A stretch of 64,000 bases of DNA from Candidatus Brocadiia bacterium. Lineage in GTDB: Bacteria > Planctomycetota > Brocadiia > CAIUPP01. Below, piece by piece: positions 48,606 to 57,980 of the stretch. Position numbers and translations under genes: made by a program. Position 1 is the stretch's first letter; the number at the start of each line of letters is the position of its first letter. The DNA is taken from positions 64,001 through 128,000 of the forward strand of contig JBEKCB010000003.1 of NCBI GenBank assembly GCA_050015075.1, given 5' to 3'. The notes under the pieces are model-generated. The model worked only from the letters and a program-made list of their open reading frames with translations. It was not told where the DNA came from and did no database searches.

Positions 48606-49388
48606 ATGGCTCTCGGAAGAAATTACGTGCTGGCCATCGTCGCGGTCGCAGGCATTCTGGCGCTCGCGCTGATTGGGGCGGGCGTGCTCGACGTGACGCA
48701 GAAGACCGGCTATGTCAGGATCAACGTCTCCGACAAGAGCGCGGTCTGGCTGGAATTTAAAGGCGCGGAACTGCGCGCCGCTGCGAGCGCGGAGGGGCTG
48801 AAGACCGCAGAGCCGGTCGCGCTGCGCGTGCTGGCCAATCAAGTGGCACAGTCTTCGGAGTTCTCGCTCCCGATCCCGTCCGATCAGCTTCCCAAAGGGA
48901 TCAGCGCCGTCAAGGGGACCTTCACACGGTTTGGGAACAGAGTCCAGGGCCAGTTGGGAATCTGCCGGACGGACGAGCAGAAGTACATCTGGCAATGCGA
49001 CGTCCGGATCGCGTCTTCGACCGGCAATACCGCGGTCGCGGCGAGGACGATGCAGTTGCCCAGCCTGGACAAGATCGCACTGACCGTCAGCGCCACGCCC
49101 TCGAACGGGAAGTTGGGCGTCGGCGTGCGGCTCACGGCGGGCATCAACCAGTTGAGCGGCGTGCGCAAGTATGGAAAGCCCGTGCTGGTGCAGGTCAGCG
49201 TGACGGACGCCTCCGGCAATGAGGTGAGCGCGAGGAAGGGGCCGTTGACCGATTTCGGGTTCTCCTGAGGCGGCGGCGCCTGCTACTCCGTGGGAGTAGA
49301 GAAAGGGACGTATACGTGCGCCGCGACGATGGACGTCGGGCCGTTCGGGTCGGCTGTGAAGGGCGAGACGAAGGTCGTCGTGCCGTAA
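48606..49388 (+). CDS. Candidate selenoprotein: membrane-anchored beta-rich protein, TGA 49266-49268 read as Sec (U-x4-C)
   Basis: GGAGGAG RBS; N-terminal TM segment; frame continues past the TGA as GGGACYSVGVEKGTYTCAATMDVGPFGSAVKGETKVVVP to TAA 49386-49388; SECIS-like hairpin follows the TGA. Confidence 0.72.
49283..49299 (+). promoter_or_regulatory. Putative bacterial SECIS element
   Basis: CTACTCC-GTG-GGAGTAG perfect 7-bp stem with a G-initiated loop, 21 nt after the in-frame TGA. Confidence 0.65.
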
Positions 49389-49433
49389 CAAGGAATTGCC
49401 GGCAAAAGCGTTCTTCCTGGGTGGGCGGAAGAG

Positions 49434-50003
49434 GTGACAGGCGAGCCGATCAGCGAGGCGAGCGCGGGTTGGAGCCGGCGCAACGTGGCCGGCGTCGCGA
49501 TCGCGTTGATCGGGTTCGGGCTGGTCGTATTCGCCGTTGCCTGGTTCATAAACCTGGCCTTGCAGGTATTGCCGGTCCTGCTCCCCGGACTCGAGCAGAA
49601 TTCCAATAAACCTCTGCTCCTGATGCTGTGCGGGAATGCCTTTTTCAGGCTGTTCCTGGGGCTCTGGCTGATCGCGCATCACAGGAAAATCTCCACCCGC
49701 CTTTTCCGCGCCGCGGCGGGCGCGCCGGTGGCCGAGCGGCGGGCCGCGCTGGCTTTCGGGATCAAGGCCTACGCCGTTTACATGGCCGCGTCCGCCGCGA
49801 GCTGGCTGGTCCTTGCAGCGTCAAACGGAATTGGGCAGGCTCTCAGGCTGGCCGGCAGCCGCGATCGGGCGATGCTGTGGTATATGGTGCCGTCTTGCCT
49901 GATGTACCTGGCCGAAATCGTGGCCTGCCTTTACTTTCTGAAGCGCCCCGGATGGCTCGTCTCATTTGCGTATCCGGAAGGAGAACCCGATGAAGATGCG
50001 TGA
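49434..50003 (+). CDS. Four-TM hypothetical membrane protein
   Basis: Hydrophobic helices with an internal two-fold repeat; GTG start. Confidence 0.7.
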   Translation: MTGEPISEASAGWSRRNVAGVAIALIGFGLVVFAVAWFINLALQVLPVLLPGLEQNSNKPLLLMLCGNAFFRLFLGLWLIAHHRKISTRLFRAAAGAPVAERRAALAFGIKAYAVYMAASAASWLVLAASNGIGQALRLAGSRDRAMLWYMVPSCLMYLAEIVACLYFLKRPGWLVSFAYPEGEPDEDA

Positions 50004-50469
50004 CGCCGCCGAAGTGACGTTGAGCATCCTGGGCGTGTCCAGAATCGTTCAGGCCACGATCGAAACGCCGGGCCTGGCCTATGCTTTGTATCTTCGTTTC
50101 GGGTACACGGGGCAACCGGCGTCGTTCACAACAACGCTAATACTGCTGCGCAATTTCGGAGGCTTCGCTGCAAACCTGGTCGTCGGCATTCTTCTCGCGC
50201 TGCTGGCGGGCCGGCTCGCAGACTGGTTGGTGCGGCGCAGCGTTTCGCTGGCCGGAACTGATGTGGACTTGCGGATCGTATCGCCGGAGGGATTCCGATT
50301 CTGCCTCAAGCTCGTCGGAATCTCCCTGCTTATCACGGGCGTGACGACGCTGGTGCAATGGGACTGGCCGCGCGTCATCGCCGGCGCGCTGACGCTGGCG
50401 CCGGCGGTTTACCTGATCCGAGGCGGCGGCTGGCTCACCCGGTTCGCCTGGGGCAAAGCCGGAGCATAA
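49990..50469 (+). CDS. Four-TM hypothetical membrane protein (related to the upstream gene)
   Basis: AAGGAG RBS; overlaps the upstream stop; C-terminus YLIRGGGWLTRFAW resembles YFLKRPGWLVSFAY. Confidence 0.7.
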   Translation: MKMRDAAEVTLSILGVSRIVQATIETPGLAYALYLRFGYTGQPASFTTTLILLRNFGGFAANLVVGILLALLAGRLADWLVRRSVSLAGTDVDLRIVSPEGFRFCLKLVGISLLITGVTTLVQWDWPRVIAGALTLAPAVYLIRGGGWLTRFAWGKAGA

Positions 50470-50495
50470 CCGCTTCTCACGCGGCGAATCCCGGC

Positions 50496-51812
50496 CTAAA
50501 TCTGCGCCTGGAGCTTTTTGCCGCGCAGGATGTGGTGGTAGTGGACGCTGAAGCGGTGGGCTTCGTCGCGGACGTATTGCAGCACGCGCAGCGCCGGCGA
50601 CCGGCCGGCGAGGCGCAGCTCGGCCGGCGGCTCGCCGTGGTAGACGATCTCCTCGCGCTTGGCGATGGAGAGGACGCACAGCGGCCGCGCCTGGACCGCT
50701 TTGAGCGCCTGCAGCGCGGCGTGCAGGTGGCCCTTGCCGCCGTCAATGAGCAGCACGTCGGGGAGCGGCGTCTCCTCTTCCTTGAGCCGGCGGAAGCGCC
50801 GCTCGACGACCTCGGCGATCATCGCGTAATCGTCAATGCCGACCACCGTGCGGATGTGGAAGCGGCGATAGCCGCTCTTGAACGGGCGGCCGTCCACGAA
50901 GGTGACGACGGAGCCGACCGCGTCCTCTCCGCTGAGGTTGGAGATGTCCACGCCGTCAATCGTGCGCGGCAGATGCGGCAGCTTGAGGAGTTCCTGCAGT
51001 TCCTCGATCCCCTCGCGCGGGTTCACGGTGGGCGGAGCGGTGGCTTCGGGGAAGAAGTCCGTCTCGCCGCGTTTCGCGAGCGATTCGAGCGCGCGGATCT
51101 GATCGCGCAGCCGCGCGGCCTTTTCATATTCGAGCGCCTGCGAGGCGCGGCGCATCTCCTCGTCGAGCGCCCTGAGCACGCGCTGCCGTTTTCCCTCGAG
51201 GAACCGCTGGAAGTGCCCGATCTGCGCGAGGTAGTCCTCGCGCGAGACGAGGTCGGCGCACGGCCCGGTGCAGCGCTCGATGTAATAGAGCAGGCAGGGC
51301 CGGTTGAAGCGGCGCTTCGGGTCGTCGGCGCGGATGTCGAGCGTGCAGGTGCGGAAGCGGAACGCGCGCTGGAGCAATTGCACCGCCTGCCGCAGCCCGC
51401 GCGCCTCGGTGAACGGGCCGTAGAACTTGTTCCGCGGGTTGTCGCGCTGGCGCGTGACGTAGACGCCGGGGAAATCCTCCGAGCGCGTGATTTCCAGGTA
51501 CGGGTAAAGCTTGCTGTCGCGGAGGTTCTCGTTGTACTTGGGCTGGACGTCCTTGATCAGGCGCGCCTCCATGAGGAGCGCGTCCACTTCGGATTCGGCC
51601 TCGAGGTACTCCACGTCGGCGATCTGCGGGACCATGGTGGAGAGCTTGGCGCGGGTGTCGCCGGAGGCCTGGCGGAAGTAACTGCCGACGCGGTCGCGCA
51701 GGGAGTTCGCCTTGCCGATGTAGATCACTACGCCGCGCGCATCCTTCATCAGGTAAACGCCCGGCGTGTCGGGAAGTTCGCCGACTTTCTTCTTCAGGGC
51801 CGCGTTCGGCAT
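50496..51812 (-). CDS. uvrC: Excinuclease ABC subunit C (short form without HhH tail)
   Basis: GIY-YIG, UVR (YEKAARLRD), DISN, LLIDGGKG and VRDEAHRF motifs. Confidence 0.9.
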   Translation of the reverse strand: MPNAALKKKVGELPDTPGVYLMKDARGVVIYIGKANSLRDRVGSYFRQASGDTRAKLSTMVPQIADVEYLEAESEVDALLMEARLIKDVQPKYNENLRDSKLYPYLEITRSEDFPGVYVTRQRDNPRNKFYGPFTEARGLRQAVQLLQRAFRFRTCTLDIRADDPKRRFNRPCLLYYIERCTGPCADLVSREDYLAQIGHFQRFLEGKRQRVLRALDEEMRRASQALEYEKAARLRDQIRALESLAKRGETDFFPEATAPPTVNPREGIEELQELLKLPHLPRTIDGVDISNLSGEDAVGSVVTFVDGRPFKSGYRRFHIRTVVGIDDYAMIAEVVERRFRRLKEEETPLPDVLLIDGGKGHLHAALQALKAVQARPLCVLSIAKREEIVYHGEPPAELRLAGRSPALRVLQYVRDEAHRFSVHYHHILRGKKLQAQI

Positions 51813-51822
51813 TCGGCAGTGC

Positions 51823-52293
51823 TTATCCGGGCATCACGAATTTCTGGCTCGGGTGGCGCACGCTCAGGACCGGGCACGCGGCCTTGCGGACGACCTTTTC
51901 CGCCACGGAGCCGAAGAGCGCGTGCTTGAGGCCGGTGCGGCCGTGCGTGCCGAGGACGATCATGTCGGCCTTCACTTGGCTGGCGCAGTTGAGGATCTCG
52001 ACGAACGGCACGCCCTTGCGCAGGATATATTCGGCGGGCAATTTGCCGCGGAGTTCGGGCGGAAGGACATCGTCGAGCGCCTGCTTGGCCTGTTTTTCGA
52101 TGTTCACCATCAACTGCGTCAGCGGCGGCGCCTGGAGCATGTCGAAGTAGAGCGCGCTGGAGATTTCCTCGATGACGTGGAGCAGGACCAGCTTCGCCTG
52201 GAATTCCTGCGCGAAGGAGATGGCGTACGTCATCGCGTGCTTGGACGATTCGGAGAAGTCCGTCGGGTGAAGGATCGTCTTGATCGCCTGCAT
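51823..52293 (-). CDS. Universal stress protein
   Basis: ILHPTDFSE, IVLGTHGRTG and GSVAEKVVRKAACPVL motifs. Confidence 0.95.
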   Translation of the reverse strand: MQAIKTILHPTDFSESSKHAMTYAISFAQEFQAKLVLLHVIEEISSALYFDMLQAPPLTQLMVNIEKQAKQALDDVLPPELRGKLPAEYILRKGVPFVEILNCASQVKADMIVLGTHGRTGLKHALFGSVAEKVVRKAACPVLSVRHPSQKFVMPG

Positions 52294-52409
52294 GCTTTGC
52301 CCTCCTTTTCCAAGAACCTTACGAAGCGTGCCGAACGCGGCGATAGGCGCTCACTCCTTTGTCGCGCAGCGCTGTTCGTCCCGCGGCGCTGCGAATTCTC
52401 GCACGGCCG

Positions 52410-53192
52410 CTACTTTTCAGCGGGCTTCGGCTCGGCGGCCTGCTCCGGCGGACGCCGCGTGGCTTCCACGCCGCGGATCACAACGTTCGTGAGGTCGCCC
52501 GGCGCAACGTCTTTCGGAAACTCCAGTTCGAACACCTCCGGATTGACCGGCGCGTCGGTTTTCACATCGGTGTAGCGCGTTCTGAGGAAAACGCGCCCTT
52601 GCGCGTCCTCCAGCTCGACCTTGCGCGCGATGCCGTCTTTCGGGTTGATCCAGAAGCGGACCTTCGCCGGATCGGGAAGGACCATCGGCACGTTGAAGGG
52701 CAGCGAGAGGCGCCCTTCGGACAGCGCCAGTTCGAAGCCCCCGGCCGGCGCGCCGTCGAGGTCCTCGGCCGGCAGGGCTCTTTTGTCCTTCGCGTCCTTG
52801 AGCATATCGCGGTACACGCTCGGGTCATAGGTCTTGGCCGGCGAGTAATCCGCCCAGGGCAGTTCCTTGCGGATGCGGTCGAGGTCCACGATATGGGCGG
52901 TGGTCGTGTCGCCCACTTTTTCGATCTGCCGGACGAGCCGGCCGTCTCCGGCGATGGATATTCGCACGTCGGCCTGCATCCCCTTCAGGCGCTTGACCCC
53001 TTCAACGCGGAACCGGTCCGGCTGCAGGAAGCAGGCGCGGTAATCTCCGGTCGCGCTGTCGCTGCCGAGCAGGTACTCCTGCTGGATGCGCATCGTCATC
53101 CCGCGCGGCGCATCGTCAGCCAGCGCCGGAGATAACCGCGCCGCCGCGAGAAGGAGACCGGCTGCAAGGATGGCCGCCACGGACTTCTTCAT
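52410..53192 (-). CDS. LolA-like periplasmic protein
   Basis: Signal peptide; PDRFRVE, FWINPKDG and YTDVKTDAPVNPEVFEL patterns. Confidence 0.6.
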   Translation of the reverse strand: MKKSVAAILAAGLLLAAARLSPALADDAPRGMTMRIQQEYLLGSDSATGDYRACFLQPDRFRVEGVKRLKGMQADVRISIAGDGRLVRQIEKVGDTTTAHIVDLDRIRKELPWADYSPAKTYDPSVYRDMLKDAKDKRALPAEDLDGAPAGGFELALSEGRLSLPFNVPMVLPDPAKVRFWINPKDGIARKVELEDAQGRVFLRTRYTDVKTDAPVNPEVFELEFPKDVAPGDLTNVVIRGVEATRRPPEQAAEPKPAEK

Positions 53193-53408
53193 GCCTTCGC
53201 GACTCCCGGAAAACAGTCCCGCCTGTGACGAATGTATCCTAGCGCGTCCGCGGGCGGCATTCAAGAGAAAAGTCCGCCTCTTGTGGCCGGCCATGATGCT
53301 GGAATGAAGTCCCCGCCGCCTGAGCACAATAACAGGGCGCGGGCGCAAGTTCAACCGAATTCCGGCGCCCTTGCCGGGCGTGACGGTTCACGGTACAATC
53401 GTCCAGCT

Positions 53409-55274
53409 ATGAGCGATGGAGCAGCCGCCAGTATCGAAAGTCCTCTCGCGCAGCGGCGGCGGAGAATCTGGACCGCGACGGACTGCGCGATGCTCCTCCT
53501 TGCCGCAGTGATCGTCTACAGCGACAGCTTCCACGGCCCGTTCATCTTCGACGACCGGCCGGCCATTGACCAGATCAGCGCGAAGGAGCCGTGGTCGGTC
53601 TGGCACACGCTGATTGAGCCGAGGCCGGTCATCCGGGCAACCCTGGCGCTCAACTATTTCATCGGCGGCTACCACGAGACCGGCTACCACGTCGGCAACC
53701 TGTGCATCCACATCCTCGCCGCGCTCGCGCTCTTCGGCGTCATCCGCCGGACGCTGACGCTTCCCTCGCTCGGCGGCCGGTTCGACGAGAAGGCCGCCGC
53801 GTCGCTGGCGTTCGGCACGGCGCTTCTCTGGGCGGTCCATCCGCTTCAAACCCAGGCGGTGACGTACATCATTCAGCGGATGGAATCGCTGATGGGGCTG
53901 TTCTATCTCGTGACGCTATATTGTTTTATACGAGCCGAGTCGTCGCCGAAGCCGCGCGCGTGGCATGCGGCCGCCGCGGCCGCCTGCGCGTTGGGAATGG
54001 GCTGCAAGGAAGTCATGGTCTCGGCGCCGCTGGTGGTGCTGCTCTACGACCGGTGCTTCGTCGCCGGCTCCTTCCGCGATACGCTGCGGCGGCGATGGGG
54101 CTTCTATCTCGCGCTGGCGGCGACGTGGATCATCCTCGCGCGCTCCGTTATCGAGGGGGTTAGCCCGCATGCGATCTCGGCCGGGTTCCAGCTCAAGGAG
54201 GTCACGCCGTTCGAGTATGCGCGGAGCGAGCCGGGCGTGATCCTCCACTATCTCGCGCTGGCGTTCTGGCCGGCGAGCCTGTGCCTGGACTACGCATGGC
54301 CGGTGGCGAACGGGTTTGCGGAAATCGCGCCGGGCGCGCTCGTCGTCGGAGCGCTGCTGGCGGCCACGATCTGGGCGCTCGTGCGGAAACCGAAATGGGG
54401 ATTCGTCGGGGCGTGGTTCTTCCTGATCCTCGCGCCGACTTCGAGCATCATGCCGATCAAAGACCTGGCGTTCGAACACCGGATGTACCTGCCGCTGGCG
54501 GCGGTGGTGGTCGTCATCATCCTCGCGGCTTACCTCGCCTGGGAGCGCTGGGCCGGCGCCGGCGAGCGGCGCCGTCTGCAGGGCCAGTTCCTGGCGGCGA
54601 TTCTGATCCTTTCCGCCGCGGTCGCGCTGGGATATACGACGCTTCAGCGCAACAAGGACTACGCGACGGTGATGGCGATCTGGAGCGACACGGCCAGCAA
54701 GGCGCCGCGCAACGCACGGGCTTTGAACAATCTGGGATGGCAGTTGCGCGAGGTGGGCGATTATGAAGGCGCGCTCGATTGCCTCAACCGGGCCATCGCG
54801 CTGCGACCGAGATACGCCGACGCCTATAATAACCGCGCCTACACTTACGCGTCCATGAAGTGGTTCGACAAAGCCCTCGATGATTGCAACATGGCCATCG
54901 AATGCAGGCGCGATTTCGCTACGCCGTATAACAATCGCGGGAACCTCTACGAGCAACTCGGGGAACTCGATAAGGCGATCGAGGACTTCAACCATGCCAT
55001 ACGGCTAAAGCCTGATTATCACCAGGCTTACAACAACCGCGGCCTGGTGCGGCTCAAGCTCGGCCAGTATCAGGATGCGCTCAAGGATTTCAACAAGTCC
55101 GTCGAGACCGTGCCGGACGATCCGATTCCTTACAGGGGCCGCGCGGCCGTATATTACCGCCTGCAGGAGTACGCGAAGGCGCTCGCCGACCTGGAGACAT
55201 GCGAGAGATTGCACGACCACGTGGATCCCGCTTTCCGAAAGGCCGTCATGCAGGCGGCCGGTCGGTCGGATTAG
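53409..55274 (+). CDS. TMTC-like GT-C membrane protein with TPR tail (putative O-mannosyltransferase)
   Basis: FIFDD, YHVGN, HPLQTQAV, KE and EHRMYLP motifs; TPR repeats. Confidence 0.8.
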   Translation: MSDGAAASIESPLAQRRRRIWTATDCAMLLLAAVIVYSDSFHGPFIFDDRPAIDQISAKEPWSVWHTLIEPRPVIRATLALNYFIGGYHETGYHVGNLCIHILAALALFGVIRRTLTLPSLGGRFDEKAAASLAFGTALLWAVHPLQTQAVTYIIQRMESLMGLFYLVTLYCFIRAESSPKPRAWHAAAAAACALGMGCKEVMVSAPLVVLLYDRCFVAGSFRDTLRRRWGFYLALAATWIILARSVIEGVSPHAISAGFQLKEVTPFEYARSEPGVILHYLALAFWPASLCLDYAWPVANGFAEIAPGALVVGALLAATIWALVRKPKWGFVGAWFFLILAPTSSIMPIKDLAFEHRMYLPLAAVVVVIILAAYLAWERWAGAGERRRLQGQFLAAILILSAAVALGYTTLQRNKDYATVMAIWSDTASKAPRNARALNNLGWQLREVGDYEGALDCLNRAIALRPRYADAYNNRAYTYASMKWFDKALDDCNMAIECRRDFATPYNNRGNLYEQLGELDKAIEDFNHAIRLKPDYHQAYNNRGLVRLKLGQYQDALKDFNKSVETVPDDPIPYRGRAAVYYRLQEYAKALADLETCERLHDHVDPAFRKAVMQAAGRSD

Positions 55275-55297
55275 AACGAGGTGGCGCGCGACATAAT

Positions 55298-57193
55298 ATG
55301 GAACCAGAATTGGCATCCGGCGATTCCAACGCGCGGCGGCTGCTTCTCCTGGCGGCGGCCATCGCGGCGATCGCGTTCGCGGCCTACCTTCCCGCCCTGT
55401 GCGGCGGGTTCGCCTGGGACGACAGCGTCCAGGTCACGGACAACCCGCTCATCAAGGACCCGCACGGACTTCGCCGGCTCTGGTTCGGGGCGGAAGCGAT
55501 GGACTATTTCCCGCTCACGCTCGCCACGCACTGGCTGGAATGGCGGCTCTGGGGATTGCACGCCGCCGGCTACCACGCCGTCAACGTGCTGCTCCATGCG
55601 ATCAGCGCGGTGCTGGTCTGGCGGGTGCTGCGGCGGCTCAAAGTTCCCGGCGCATGGCTGGCCGGCGCGCTCTTCGCGGTCCATCCGGTGGCCGCCGACT
55701 CGGTGGCCTGGATCGCGGAGCGCAAGAACACGCTCTCCATGGCGCTCTATCTGGCGTCGCTCCTGGTGTATCTCACGTGGGAAGACAACTTGAAGCGACG
55801 GTGGTATGGCGCGGCCGTGCTCTTCTATCTCCTCGCTTTGCTCGCGAAGACCTCTGTCGTGATCCTGCCGTTCGTCCTGCTGCTGTGCGCGTGGCGGCGG
55901 CGCGGCCGCATTTCCCGGCGGGACATCGCGCGCAGCGTGCCGTTCTTCGCGCTCGCGGTGGCGCTGGGACTGGTGACCATCTGGTTCCAGCGGCACAACG
56001 CAATCCACGGCATGACCGTCCGCTCCGAAGGCGCGGCCTCGCGCCGCGCCGCCGTGGGATGGGTCGCATGGTTCTACCTGTACAAACTCCTGCTTCCGGC
56101 GGGCCTCTGCGCGATCTATCCGAGGTGGAAGGTGGACGGCGCCAGCGCCGCGGCATACGTGCCGTTGGCCCTTCTGGCGGGTGGACTGATCTGGCTCTGG
56201 ATGCGCCGGAAGAGTTCCGGCCGGGCGCCGCTCTTCGCGGCGGCGTACTTCCTCATCGCGCTGCTGCCGGTCCTCGGGATCGTGAACATGCTCTTCATGG
56301 GGCTTTCGCTGGTCGCGGACCATTTCCAGTACCTGGCCATGATCGGCGTCATCGCGTTCGCGGCGGCCGTCCTGGCGCGGGCGGCGGCCGCGGGCGGCTG
56401 GGCCGGGCGCGCCGGCGTCGCGGCTTCCGTCGGATGCGTCGTCGTCCTGGGCATCCTGACCTGGAACCGCGCCGGGCTGTACGGCGACGAGGAACGTCTC
56501 TGGCAGGACAACCTCGCCAAGAACCCTTCGGCGGTCGTCTATAATGCGCTCGGAGTCGCCCGCTCCTATGCCGGCCGGCACGAGCAGGCGCTGGAGAGCT
56601 TCGACACGGCGATCCGATTGAAGCCGGAGCTGGCCGAGGCTTTTGTCAACCGCGCCGCCGCTCTCGACGCGCTCGGCCGGATGGAGGAAGCCGTTCGCGA
56701 TTACGACCAGGCACTGAAATTGCGGCCGAAGGACGCCGCGACCTATAACGGCCGCGGCAACACGCTGGCGCGCATGAACCGCGCGGAGGATGCCCTGAAG
56801 GATTATGACGCGGCGATTGTCCTGCGCCCGCGATACGGCCTGGCCTATTACAACCGCGGGAACATCCACTTCAACGCCGGCCGCCTGGACCTGGCGCTGA
56901 GCGATTACGACCAGGCGATTGAACTCATGCCCGAGTACGCCCACGCCTGGAACAACCGCGCCACGGTCCTTGCGCAACTCGGCCGCGGCGCCGATGCGCT
57001 GCGGGATTTCAGCCAGTCCCTCGCGCTGGACCCGACCAACGCCGGCGCCTGGCGCAACCGCGCGTTACTGTATGCCGACAGAAAAGAATACGCCAAAGCG
57101 CTGGCGGACGTTAGAATGTTCGAGAAACTCGGCGGCCGTCCCGATCCCGATTTCGTCAAGAGCCTCACCGAAGCGGCGGGACGAGCGCCATAA
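55298..57193 (+). CDS. TMTC-like GT-C membrane protein with TPR tail
   Basis: FAWDD, YHAVNVLLH, HPVAADSVAWIAERKN and VADHFQY motifs; TPR repeats. Confidence 0.8.
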   Translation: MEPELASGDSNARRLLLLAAAIAAIAFAAYLPALCGGFAWDDSVQVTDNPLIKDPHGLRRLWFGAEAMDYFPLTLATHWLEWRLWGLHAAGYHAVNVLLHAISAVLVWRVLRRLKVPGAWLAGALFAVHPVAADSVAWIAERKNTLSMALYLASLLVYLTWEDNLKRRWYGAAVLFYLLALLAKTSVVILPFVLLLCAWRRRGRISRRDIARSVPFFALAVALGLVTIWFQRHNAIHGMTVRSEGAASRRAAVGWVAWFYLYKLLLPAGLCAIYPRWKVDGASAAAYVPLALLAGGLIWLWMRRKSSGRAPLFAAAYFLIALLPVLGIVNMLFMGLSLVADHFQYLAMIGVIAFAAAVLARAAAAGGWAGRAGVAASVGCVVVLGILTWNRAGLYGDEERLWQDNLAKNPSAVVYNALGVARSYAGRHEQALESFDTAIRLKPELAEAFVNRAAALDALGRMEEAVRDYDQALKLRPKDAATYNGRGNTLARMNRAEDALKDYDAAIVLRPRYGLAYYNRGNIHFNAGRLDLALSDYDQAIELMPEYAHAWNNRATVLAQLGRGADALRDFSQSLALDPTNAGAWRNRALLYADRKEYAKALADVRMFEKLGGRPDPDFVKSLTEAAGRAP

Positions 57194-57239
57194 TAGAGTG
57201 TCAGCGGAACCAAAAGAACAAAGACAACGACAACGGTTG

Positions 57240-57827
57240 GAACCGCCGATGAACGCAGATGAACGCCGATAAGAGAGGAACAAAGTATCATGAGCACCCT
57301 CTTGACGGTCGCGGAAATGGACAAGTTGAGTGAGCGGATCATCGGCTGCGCTTACGCTGTGAGTAATGGACTGGGCGCGGGTTTTCTGGAGAAAGTTTAC
57401 GAAAACGCCCTTGCCCATGAGCTGCGCAAGGCCGGACTTCGAGCGGAGCAACAGTGTCCCTTGCGCGTTGAGTATGACGGTGTCGTCGTCGGAGAATACG
57501 CCGCCGACCTTCTCGTCGAGGGCTGCATCGTGATTGAACTGAAAGCCGTCAAAGCGCTCGACGACGTCCATCTGGCGCAATGTCTCAACTATCTGAAAGC
57601 GACCGGCCTGTCGCTTTGCCTCTTGATCAACTTCGGAAAACCCAGCGCTGACGTCAGGCGCGTGGTGAACCGATTCTGAAGGAACAACGGAACGACCGTC
57701 ACAGCCGGCGGACGCGGATGAACAACGAAAAGAGGTGAACGAAGACAACGAAAACGGGTGGAACCGCCGATGAACGCAGATACGGATTCCTCTCTTATCG
57801 GCGTTCATCTGCGTTCATCGGCGGTTC
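57240..57827. mobile_element. GxxExxY gene cassette flanked by perfect 41-bp inverted repeats
   Basis: 57240-57280 is the exact reverse complement of 57787-57827; additional direct repeat 57221-57260 / 57742-57781. Confidence 0.65.
57290..57679 (+). CDS. GxxExxY protein (PD-(D/E)xK nuclease-like)
   Basis: LGAGFLEKVYENAL, ADLLVE, IELKAV, AQCLNYLKAT and LLINFG motifs. Confidence 0.92.
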   Translation: MSTLLTVAEMDKLSERIIGCAYAVSNGLGAGFLEKVYENALAHELRKAGLRAEQQCPLRVEYDGVVVGEYAADLLVEGCIVIELKAVKALDDVHLAQCLNYLKATGLSLCLLINFGKPSADVRRVVNRF

Positions 57828-57980
57828 AGACTCCGCTGTGATCCTTTTTATGAATTGACTTTTGGTCCTGTCGGCGTTCATCGGCGGCGTGGATGCGTTG
57901 TGGGGGCTGCGTCATCACCCACGACCATCCGGATGTGTCGGGAAACTTTACCGGACCTTCATGGGTGCCGGAGAAACGCG

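Noticed and set aside
49266-49268. Alternative genetic code (TGA = Trp or Gly) as the explanation for the read-through
   Set aside because: TGA terminates many clearly complete genes in this window (vapC, rpsT, pdxB, aroA), so any recoding must be site-specific
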